Shown piece by piece: positions 24,859 through 35,200 of a DNA stretch of 64,000 nucleotides. Source of the stretch: Amoebophrya sp. A120 (Eukaryota; Protista; Dinoflagellata); assembly GCA_905178155.1 (NCBI GenBank), contig CAJINV010000003.1, forward strand, positions 4,091,253-4,155,252. The letters run 5' to 3'. The first letter of the stretch is position 1, and each line of letters starts with the position of its first letter. Made by a program: the position numbers and the translations under genes. The notes below the pieces were generated by a model that was not told where the DNA came from, made no database searches, and saw only the letters and a program-made list of their open reading frames with translations.

Positions 24859-25174
24859 CGACCTGAAGGGTCCGAAGACGTGCCTTTTTTCGGGGGGTAG
24901 AAGAGGGCTAAACCCGCGCGCAAAACTTCGGCGGGCCTCAATCCATCAAAAAAACAATTTGTGCGTGAACGCAGCAAAAAGTAAAAATGACGGAAGGAGG
25001 TCTTGCAATGTAGCTGATAGCGCCACGCGGACGTGACCACCGGCGGCAGGGACGACCTGAAGGGTCTGGAGACTCCCCTTTTTTCAAGGGGGGTAAGAAA
25101 GCTAAATCCGCACGCAAAACTTCCGCGGGCTTCGAACTACACAAAGATCCTGGATGTGCGTGAATGCTGCAAAA
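24859..25174. repeat. Two-copy ~120-bp imperfect direct repeat, offset 194 bp, hairpin-rich, intergenic
   Basis: cgacctgaagggtc..gctaaa(c/t)ccgc(g/a)cgcaaaacttc(g/c)gcggg..tgtgcgtgaa(c/t)gc at 24859 and 25053. Confidence 0.8.
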
Positions 25175-25253
25175 GGATCAGGAAGTAGTAAGAAGTCGAA
25201 TAATATATTTATAAAGCCTTCGAACCACCGACATCCTTATGTTCTCATGCTGT

Positions 25254-25805
25254 TCAACTCCCGACGGTGATCGCAGCACCAGGAGCCCACACGAACTGGA
25301 AGAGTAGCGCGCGGCTAGCAGAACTTTCAGGCGCGAATCGCCGACCTTCCACAAGCGGAGGCCAAACAATAAAATGTTTTTCCAAGCAGAGCTGTAGCGA
25401 GCGCGATAGCGCTGAGGAACAGGTAAGTTGTTTAGAGCCCCGGCGCCAAATGAATCTACTTGCCAGGATTAGCAGACCTGACCCAAAGCTATCTACAGAT
25501 TGACGCCATAATGGAACTCCGCAGACAACGAACCAGCCTCCGATCAGCATATAAATGTCATTCATATCAACTGCGGAACCCGAGTGAGAAAGAACGAAAA
25601 GAGCAACGCTGATAAAGCTGATAAAATAGCAACGCTGATAAAGCTCTACTCGTGCCGAGACAATTCTTTGCTGATCCCAAGAACAGGAAGCGGGCCTCCA
25701 TCTCTTGAACATTTCGACTTCCCTCAAATTTGTTTTTGATCTTTCCGTCGCCATACGAAAAACATGTTCTTTCTGTATCTGCGCATCTCGTTGTACGAAC
25801 ATCAC
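25254..25805 (-). CDS. Possible small membrane protein
   Basis: 183-aa ORF on the coding strand with two hydrophobic stretches. No family recognised. Confidence 0.25.
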   Translation of the reverse strand: MMFVQRDAQIQKEHVFRMATERSKTNLREVEMFKRWRPASCSWDQQRIVSARVELYQRCYFISFISVALFVLSHSGSAVDMNDIYMLIGGWFVVCGVPLWRQSVDSFGSGLLILASRFIWRRGSKQLTCSSALSRSLQLCLEKHFIVWPPLVEGRRFAPESSASRALLFQFVWAPGAAITVGS

Positions 25806-26055
25806 AGCGCTGCTATTGCAGGCCTCCTACGGGGGGCTGCTTTTCTGTGCCTGCTCGTTGTGCAGCAGCAGAAGTTGCAGATTCAGATACAAAAACAAAA
25901 GGAGTGGTAGACAGAGTGGAGAGCAACAGAACTTTGCAGAACTTTTCAGAACTCAGATCGGTGCTTTTTCTTCTCAGTTTCTGCAGTGGCCATGCCCGTG
26001 GCGTTCTTTTTGTCTTCGAACCTCACTTTCGACTGCAGACAACCGACCGAGCCTT

Positions 26056-29000
26056 TTATCCGATGCCGCCCCCGAACCCGCCACTACTTCGGGGCGGTTT
26101 TGCATGCGAGGCGGTTTGACGACGTTCGGGTGATGCTCCGCGTTTCCTCATGCCACCCTGACAAGCGTACCGAGCCCCAGCACCGCCCTGGTTTGAACCT
26201 ACTGCGGATGGCGCTGCCAAAACCCGGTTGCCCGGCAGTCCGCCAAGCCCCACGGGCGCCGGGCTAGTAGCATTTGAAGAACCTCCTACCGCAACTTCCT
26301 GAATTCGGCGCGTTCCTTGCTGAAGCTGGTGGTCGCCGCGCGGCATGGTACCTGCTGGGGTCGTCCTTCCCCTGGCATCCTCCTCCTCCGCAAAGCTCTC
26401 ATCTTCGCCGTCGCGAGCGTGTTCATCTGGACTGGAAAGCAGATCCTCTGCCTCTAGGAGCTGCGGACCGTGGCGGGCATGAAGATCCGGCTCCGCACGC
26501 TCGCTCCTTCGCCGAACCCCAGGAAAGTCGGGCAAGTGCTCCAGAATCCTAGATATCATATTACCTGCAGCCAGAAGGAGGTAGTAGGAGAATGTGGATG
26601 GAAAACCGAAACACCATGAGAGAATAGGAGCAATAAAATATGAATATACTATCTAACGAGCAGCAGTTCGAGTGAGAAAGAAGGAACAAACCCTGCTGCG
26701 GTCGCATGAATCATGTACTTAGTTCTGTTACATCAGATTCAGCAGGAGAAACATCATGGTTGTGCTCTTCATCATCTTCATCACGGTTTTTTACATATAC
26801 CTCTGATCCTCTCTTGAGCTGTGGCGGCCACTATTGCAGTCGGGGTCGTCGGCCGGCCTGTTTCTCTTTTTCTTGTTCGATTTCTCGTCGCCATGTCAGA
26901 CTCATCAGCTTCTGCATCCTCTAGCAGGGTCGTGCCTGCGCTGCCTGTGCGCGTTGGAATTTGTGAAGTAGTAGAGAGTCTCCGGTCAGTGCTCGTAAAC
27001 GAAGATGAGGAGTTGTGTTTGTTTGTTGTGCCAGGGCTCCTCGATCCGGAAGGGGGATTTTCAGTTGTGCCGCGCGCGGCCTGGTGGCGGCTGCCACCGA
27101 GCGAAGTGCTGGACGAAGAGGAGCCTCCTCGTCGTGTGCCGGCGCCGCCGATGTTACCGTCGTCGTCTGACGGATCGTCCTTCCGCGACGAAGAGGATAG
27201 CAAGGTGGCATTTGCCTCGATCAGCCGCTGTTTTTTTCTCAGCTCTTCTTGGCGCCGCTGCAGCTGCCGGGTGGCCCACCAAAACTTCACGTGCGGGCGG
27301 TACTTCAGAAACAGTTTGCTCCCCAAAATCAAGCACAGGATGGTAATCACCGTGATCAGATTCCTGTTGCGTAACGCCTCTGCTTCCCGTTTGCGCCGCC
27401 CACTCTCGTACTGCGCCCACTCGGACTGTGTCACGGTTAGGATCGGCCTTGCTTCCCACTCTTGGACAGGAATTTTTGCAGGTGTCGCGCCAGCTGCAGA
27501 CGCGGTTGATGCCGTTGCAGGTGTAGACGCGGTCTCATCCGTAGTTGTGCCGACCATCCGTCGCTGTAGTCCGAACACATCCACGGTGTACGGGATTACG
27601 ATGGGCCTGTGTGCCTCCGCTCTCATAGATTCCAAGACGGAATCTTTTGGTTGATGCGACTCGGTGTTGTCCGCTGGTGTTGCAGCGTCCGCTTCTTTTG
27701 CTTCAGCCATTTCTTCCATTTCCACTGCCTCGTTGCGTCGCACTCGAGTCAGTTCGTCCTGGTATCTTCTCTCAGCTGCGTGCTTTTGGTGCAGTTTTTC
27801 TACCAGCAGTGCCTCATTAACGCTGAAGCCTCCAAAGTTGTGCTGCACGTTCGGCCCCTTCCAACGCGCTCGAGTCCACAATGCTAACACCAGGTGAGTA
27901 CAGAAATCGATGGGGAAGGGCTGATGTAGAGGAAGAGAATTGAAATCGACAGTGGTCTGCATGAAAATGAAAGGTAGAATGGGGAAACACACGCGCAGCT
28001 TTCTAGTAGCGTGACATTGCACTCCAACTTAGAGGTGAAAAAGAAAAATGGTTCGTAGTCGTTCATGTGGAAAATGAAAATCAGATCCGGCTCGCCGCGT
28101 AATTATGAACCGAGTGCTACAAAAATAATTCGTGCAACAAGTGCTGAGGTACCTTATGCGTGATTCCGCTCGATGTGACTTCAAAGAAGCCGCGCTCTGC
28201 GTTTACTTCTGCAAAGTGGACGTCTCCTGATAGAAAGAGCGTGCGATCCTTGACACGCTCCAACAGCGCAAGAAGCCGTTCCTTGTCGCGCGCAAAGTGC
28301 ATCCAGCTCTCGAAGAGCGGGTTCGACGTCAGCACCTGAATCGACGAGCCAATGACGAGCAGTTTCGGAACTTTACTCGGTGAGACGAGTGACGGGTCGC
28401 CGCCCTCGCTCGTAGGACGATTGTTCTCGTTCCTTTTTTCGTGTTGATCTACTCTGTCATCTTCTCCGAGAAGTAGTTCAGCTCCGCCTTGTTCTTCCGG
28501 GGGAAAGACCTCCTCCAACACGCTTTCGAACCAGGCAAACTGCTCCTACCCCGGTTTTTCATCGTTTTTCAAACTATTGAGCAGGTCTGAAAAATAAAAA
28601 AATGCGACCCGGTCACATGACCCGAGCGTGTGGACCTGAGCGACAGATTCTGTGCACTAGCTAGGGAAAAGGTGGACGATGTTGAGAAGTGACCTTGTGC
28701 ACACTAGCCACTTACTTTATCCGAACCATGTGAGATAGCTCGCTTGGGGGAGCAGATGGGGAAGAATTGAGCTCGCTAGGTGTTTGGTCAAGGTCCAGGC
28801 TTTGGGAGATGTCCCGGACCCGCGGGCCCACAAATTCACTCGAGCCGGCCCTAGTGAAATGAAAAATTGCGAGCCGGTCAAGAATTAGAAAAAATCAAGA
28901 AAAGTGACGCAATTTGGCGCAATGAGCCTGGATTGCCTGCGTTTGCCGTTAGGTGCATGCTCAGGCACCTCCCCCGACGGTTTTGCTTGTATTTTTCGCA

Positions 29001-31658
29001 AGACAAAAATGGCGAAAATGGGCGCCGTGCTTTTTGTTTTGCTTCCGTTTGGGTTTTGTGTCTGGGGTTTTAGCTTGAACATGCATGGCATGCTCGATGC
29101 GCGGCTTGATCGAAATATCTGCCGCATGACGACAGTAAAAGTGCCAAGTTTGATCGGGGGCATAGATTGAACTTGCATGGCATGCTGCACGTTTCGGCGA
29201 CGCATGTTTTGATACTTGTGAGCAAAACTATGGAGCGGCTTAAGTTTTTTATTTTTTTCGAGCTGCTCCATATTTTTATTTTCCAGATCCGCAGAATCTG
29301 TGGGTCTCAGATCTCAGATTCCGGCTCATCCGGAAGACGAGATCCGAAAGCCATGCTCATAATTCTAAGTGTAGACAAATACATATAGGACAACATGAGG
29401 GGCGAGCTGACTCCTGTATGCAAGGTATAATTTCCTAGCGGTCTACATGTGCCAGAGCTAGTGTTAACAAGATCCTCCAGCTCAGGCACCGACGTCGCCG
29501 GGACGTGTGAGCAGGTATCGAAAACATAAAAATCGAACCTGCTCAATAGTTGGAAAAACGATGATATTCCGGGGTAGGGGGAGAAAATTCGTAGGATAGA
29601 TCCTCAGGGGGGAAAATTCCTCCGGGGGGAAGACCTCCTCCATATTGAGAGGAAAAATCCCCCCTCCCCATATTGGAAACGCATTCGTCTGAAAATTTGT
29701 GATGCAGATTTGAGGTCACAAATCCTGTCTGTCTTGCAAGAAGGCAAAGCCAGAGAGTCCGCCGCATTATGCCGGCGGTTTGCAATGCTGTTGGGCTTAC
29801 AGAGACGACATCTGTCATGCTAGTCCCCTACGTCAAAACCTCTCGACGCAGGCTTGGCATATGCCTGCGCTCCTCTCCAGCAAGACAGACCTGATTTGTG
29901 TACGCAAATCCAGCATCAGAAACTTCGTTTCGATATGGGGAGGGGGGATTTTTCCCTTTGATACTCCAAGACGCTTTCGAACCAGGCAAACTGCTCCTCG
30001 CCGAGCAGCTGAATTTTGGCTTTCGCCTATCCTGAGTAAAAACGTACCCACCCCAGAGTTGTAATGCAGATTTGCAATGACAAAGACATTTGTGTTGCGC
30101 ATCCCCATGAGAGCCATTTCCAATCGTGTTTTGGAATTTGTGATGCTGTGAACAGGATCAGCAGGTCGATTTGTGATGCAGCTTTCCTTGCTAACTTGCA
30201 CTACCTTACGGACTGAAACTTGTCATGCGTGACTCACAAAACTCCTAGGTTTGTGTTGCAAAATCCTCATCCTGACTCTGGTGTGGGTACGTTTTTACTC
30301 AGGATATCGCCCCGCTTTCCCACCACCAACCGCAGAACCACGGAAAAGGGAACAAATTCAGAAAGTACTGGGCTGTTCGCGCGAACGCATTCATCACCGG
30401 CCAGAAGATGTGAACCGGTCCGGTGTTGGTGGTGCGGTAAAAAAACTGCAGGAACGGGTTCGTTATCACCAATTCGTTGAAGCTTCGCAGGTCAAACGCC
30501 ACAAAGTGTACCTGGTAATGAAAAAAGCACAAAATGATCGTCCACATCGCTTGTTATTGTTTGCATCTTGTTGTCCCGAAGAATAAACGCAAATCAATTC
30601 TTCAACCAGAATCAATGGATGATCCAAATGGAACGAAACATGTGGAGGCCAGGAACATCATTCTGTTCGATAGTATAATCAGCAAGAACAAACCTCGTAT
30701 TTCTGCTTTTGGGGAGTCGCTTGTGAAAATTGATCATGGTTCCTGCCCCGCGCTCCAGCTCCAAGGTCGACTTCTCCGTCGAAGCGCTTCCAGAAACTGA
30801 GTCCGGGCCCCAGCTGAATGGAGTCGGACTCTTTCACATCTGGAAACACCGCCCGCATATTGTCCTGCCGAACTTTGAGCTCCTCCGGCGGCACTGACGT
30901 TCCGATCGCGTCGTTCAGGCCGAAGTCGTGGTCGTCCCATGGGTATGGGAAACAAAAGCCATGTCGTCCGAAATCCCTTTCAGCGAACAATGCTTCCCTA
31001 GAGCTTGCAGCCGGGGTTTGTGACCAATCATGAAAAGATGAGTTCTTGATCTAAATTTTGCTTGATCAAAAATGCGATGATCAGGGGGTGCCAGAGCTTC
31101 TTGCTTCTTTATCTCGTATCTGCTGTTTTTGCTGCGCTCTTTTCTGGAATGCATGACAGACGCAGATCGAAATTCCGGGCGACTTGGAATCTTTCGCGCA
31201 CGTACGACGCCTAAAATGGTCCGATTTTCGGCGAATTTCGAGTACCAGGGGTTTATCCCGTTGTCTTTGGAGAACATGTCTTCGAGATGGGCCGTGGAAA
31301 GCGCATCGGTCGTGTTCTGGTACGCGCTGTCCCCGAGCCAGATCCATGGCACCTTGTTCGTAGTGGCAGTTGTAGTGCTGGCGCCCCCCGGAAGGTCCAT
31401 CTCGCGGTCCAGCGGCGACGAGCATTTATTTGTTTGCGGGTCGTCGTTCTTGGGGCACGTAGTTGTTGTTCCACCAACATCCTCACTTCCTTGCTCTCCA
31501 AAAGATCCTTCACGTAGGACACGATCTAGCTCCGTCCAGGGCTGGTTTGCGTGAGCTTGCTTCGCGCACGAGCCAAAGCCGAAGCTTACAGGAGCAGCTT
31601 CTGCTAGAGTGATGTAAGCTTCCAATGAAAGCAGGGGGTAGACAAGCATGCCCACCAT
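26056..31658 (-). CDS. phoD: PhoD-family alkaline phosphatase with signal peptide and C-terminal TM anchor; multi-exon, three introners
   Basis: Motifs in order: FGFGSC, WIWLGDSAY, ILGV-WDDHDFGLND, FDLRSF, LLGEEQFAWFE, IGSSIQVL, ESWMHF, FLSGDVHFAE, EVTSSGITH, NFG. Canonical introns 30512-30693, 27957-28152 and 26565-26800. Confidence 0.9.
28549..29574. mobile_element. Non-autonomous TIR element (~1.03 kb) flanked by TA, inside a PhoD intron
   Basis: Left TA-ccccggtttttcatcgtttttcaaactattgagcaggt is the inverted repeat of right acctgctcaatagttggaaaaacgatgatattccgggg-TA. No recognisable transposase ORF. Confidence 0.8.
29643..29963. mobile_element. TIR introner family 5 (321 bp, TSD CTCCA)
   Basis: tattgagaggaaaaatcccccctccccatat pairs with atatggggaggggggatttttccctttgata. 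CTCCA at 29638-29642 and 29964-29968. Removal gives ..ESVLE-EVFPPEE. Confidence 0.88.
30028..30306. mobile_element. TIR introner family 1, copy b (279 bp, TSD TCGCC)
   Basis: Perfect 24-bp TIR tatcctgagtaaaaacgtacccac. TCGCC at 30023-30027 and 30307-30311. Removal gives WWESGA-KAKIQLLGEEQFAW. Confidence 0.95.
30944..31204. mobile_element. Decayed TIR introner in PhoD
   Basis: Left tatgggaaacaaaagccatgtcgtccgaaat versus reverse-complemented right end tacgtgcgcgaaagattccaagtcgcccggaat. The flanking 5-mers have diverged. Removing element plus 5 nt restores the ILGVWDDHD motif. Confidence 0.7.
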
Positions 31659-32203
31659 AGCGACCTCGATTCTCGTGCGCAGGGTCGTCTGGGTCGTCTT
31701 TATGGCGCAAGAATGCAGTATGTTTCTTCTTCTTCAATACCAGGGCGTGAACTTGTGCTTGATGTGATGTAACATCAAGAATACATGCACATCCATATGC
31801 GAAAATGGCAATTCAGTGTCTTTTTACTTTCCGTTTTGTTTAGCGACAAGTCTTTTTTTACGTTGAAAATGTCGAACTACGACTACCACGTCTGTGGGGG
31901 AAGGACATTAAAAAAGGCACAAAACAAACTTAACAAACCAACGGGAACATCACCGAATTCATTGCTGTGTCCTCCTCCTTGAATATGCGTGCTGCCAAAG
32001 AAGCAAAAACGAACGTAGATACATAGAGATTCAAAAAAGCTACATGATTCAACAATGTGATCGAGATTTAACACATTCACATCTCACGAAAAAAAAAGGC
32101 AAATCAGAGAGTGAGCTCGCACAATTGATTCGTCTCGAAAAAATCAAAATGATCGAGACCGAGACGGAGAAAAAAAAAGAATACGCACCTTTCTGGTTGC
32201 TTC

Positions 32204-35200
32204 ACCAGCTCATCTGACCACACAGACAAAAGAGCGAATTCGCGTCCCGCTTTGCTGAAGAGAAACAGGAAGCCTCACAAAAAAAAAAGCGCGCGGATCG
32301 GAGGGCTGGTCAACTGCGTCCGTTAAGTATCTGTCAGTATCTATCGTCACGTGTGATCGTGGCTTGGTAAGTCTTCGGTGAAGACAGAGACACACTCACC
32401 GATCGACTTCTGGGTGCTCATCAGTACGAAGAAGAAGACACGGAGACATGGCCGGTCGACCAGTGACGGTGTCCACACTCTTGCAAACAAAGGCAAAGCG
32501 CTTGCTTCAGGGCCTGCAATAACATTGCTATGAACTTCACCCCGTGTGTGAGTTGTTCTCCGAAACAGGAAAACGAGAAACGTATTTACTGAATTTCTTT
32601 GGGAACGAAGGACGAGGAAAAATCAATGAGAGTGCCCTGCAAAAAAATCTGTCAGGTGGTAGGTGGGTCTTACTCGAGAAGAAATCATTACACCATTCCT
32701 TTGGTTCTGTGACTGCGTTCGTCGTCACCGCATCTTCCGATGTCAAAAATCCTGAAGTACTTGTACACTAACACTTCTTCTTGTGGTCTAAGAAACTACG
32801 AGCTCTGATGTTGAACAAATACAAAAGCACGCCAAAGAAACGTAAGTATTATACATTTTTTTCAATTTCAACTTATACCTACCAGTTTTCTTTGCCTGTC
32901 ACTGTTTGCGACTGATCTCGTACGATGGCAGCAAATCGGGACGAGGTATTGCAACATCCGTTGCAGCTGGTCCACGATTTTTCTTTCTCTGAGTGTTAGG
33001 GGACATGAATCCTCGCACAGGTGGGAGTTCGTGAACATCAACATAGTTAGCTGCTTTATAGTCAACAACACCACACGCACACGCTTCGCTTTCTCAAGCT
33101 TGACGATGACGTGATGTTATTAGTTAAAATCACGAGCGTCGAAGAACTTGCAAACCTATGCTCACTTCTTTGTCGCATCTGGGACGTCGGTTCCAGCAGC
33201 ACGCGCAGTAGATGGTTGTTTTTTGTTGGCTGCGCCCGTTGCTGGTCCGGAGGATGAAAACGCGGAAAAAAGATTCATGCTCCGTAGCGACGGTGACAGA
33301 GACAGGGAGTGGGAGGCCGTTCCCACCCGCGCCGGATCGGCGCTCGGGTTGGTGGTCCGCTGATGTTGATGTTCCGGGTGCGGCACAAGCAGGGACATAA
33401 AGGACGACGACCCGCCCGCCGTTCCTGAGGAATGGCTGCGACTGCCCCTTCGTGATAAGCTGGTCTCAGGGCTCTGTCCACTGGTGCCGCTGAAACTCAG
33501 GCTCTCTTCCATGCTCAAACCGACCCCACCAGAAGTTCCACGCGCGCGCGGTTTGAAGTCCAATAAGCGCTGCACGCGCTTGGACCGGGATGTGCGCTGC
33601 GGCAAGCCGGGGAGGCCCTCCGCCTCGCGTCTCAAACGGAGGTCTTCGCGCCAGGCCTGCAACGGAGAGAGCTTCGCGGCAGCTTTGGCTTTCGCGGGGG
33701 AGGCCGGTGCAGTCATGCTTGTGGCGAAGTTCGGAGACTGCAGGCCCGTTGCTCCACCCATCAACGTGGCCGTGCTGGAGCCACCTTAGAGATGACGATC
33801 ATATAGATGAAACGATAAAAGAACTGAGCGCACGACCCCACGAAGTCCAAAGGAAAAAGGACGAGCATTGCAGATTTGAGCCTGCATCTGAATTTCGATT
33901 GGTCATGTTTGGTTTGTTGAAAAATTTTTCGTAAAACGATAAACAAAAGCGATGTTTCGTCACAGCAGTGTACCAGGTAGCAGTCCACCTTCCGCTGATC
34001 GTGCTTGTGGCGACTCAAGGACGCTGGTTCCGCCTATTCCGGAAAGCGTCAACTCCTCCTTGCGCGAGAGCAAATTCATGTTGGACGGCGATTTATCACC
34101 TCTCTCCTCGCGACCACTTTTCGGCGGGTACTGTTCCTGCTCGTGGTCACCAGAGGAGCTACTCGCAGAAGAGGACGGTTCGGGGAAGAGTTCTTGCTTT
34201 CCAGGTTGCAGCGCTGTCTTCCTCTGCTCGCGCTGCAACTGCCGCTGTTTTTTCCGCGTCGCGGGGCTCTGAATCCGGGCGTCGTCTTTGACCACGAGCG
34301 GCTCCAGGTCCACGTCCGAGCCGTCTTGTTCCAGCGGAATTGAACCTTCAGCCCCCGCCGTGAGACTGAGATTGTCCGGGGACCCACTTCCCGACTCGCT
34401 TGTCTTGTTCCCGCTGGCACTGCGACCGTGGGGCGACTGACTTCTCGACTTGGCAGAGACGCGCTTCGCCTGCTTGAAAAGCTGAGTAAAGTTCGGCATC
34501 ATTCCGGGGCGGTCACCCGGCGACCGCTCGTCCTTCATCATGACGTTTGCCGTGGAAACCTCCGCATCAATGTCGATGTCCTCCATCTGAAACATGCTGG
34601 CCTTTTTCGCCGGCTTGGTCACCTGGCTCGTCCGCGTCGCAGCACCGGCCGCCGCGTGGTCGGAGGTGCCGGAAGTGGAACGCACGAGGTCCGCACGTGT
34701 TGCCGCGCCCAGACTGGTGCCCGCCGGAGGAGCGAGGTCATCCACATCCTGCTCGTCGACTGCAAGGAGGCGGTTGCCGTTTTTATCGGTGGAACCGCGG
34801 TCACCTTGCGCGGCCATTTTGGCGGGCAGCAGAGGCCTCGGACCCCGGCTATGCAGCGCCCCGTCGATTTCGCGGGTAGTGGTTCGAGTACTTCTTCGTA
34901 CTGTAGTTCCTTGCTGATGATCCTGATCGAGTTCGAGGACCCCTCCTACTAGTACTTCCTCTGTGGCGGGTTGTTCTAGTAGTACTCCAGTACCGTGGTG
35001 GTGCTCTTCGGACGCCGTTCGCGGCATGGTGCTCGCTTGCGGGTCATCGCGCAGGCCTCGCAGAGCTTGCGTAGCATCGGACGCGAAGTGCTGGGAAGAG
35101 AAGTCTTGCTCCCGGCCAAAAGAGGCTTGTTGGCCCGAGGCAGACCCACCCATACGACCGCCCGGACGCGCGGCAAAGTCGTCCTGGCCCATGTCTCGTA

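Noticed and set aside
24859-24880. Hammerhead ribozyme (CTGAAG followed by a small stem)
   Set aside because: No CUGANGA/GAAA core and no closing stems I and III.
27882-28119. TGCTA direct repeat as an introner TSD
   Set aside because: No TIR is present and removal creates a stop. Canonical intron 27957-28152 explains the junction.
28885-29271. Transposase within the 1-kb TIR element
   Set aside because: The ORFs are short, with no recognisable DDE, HTH or tyrosine-recombinase motif.
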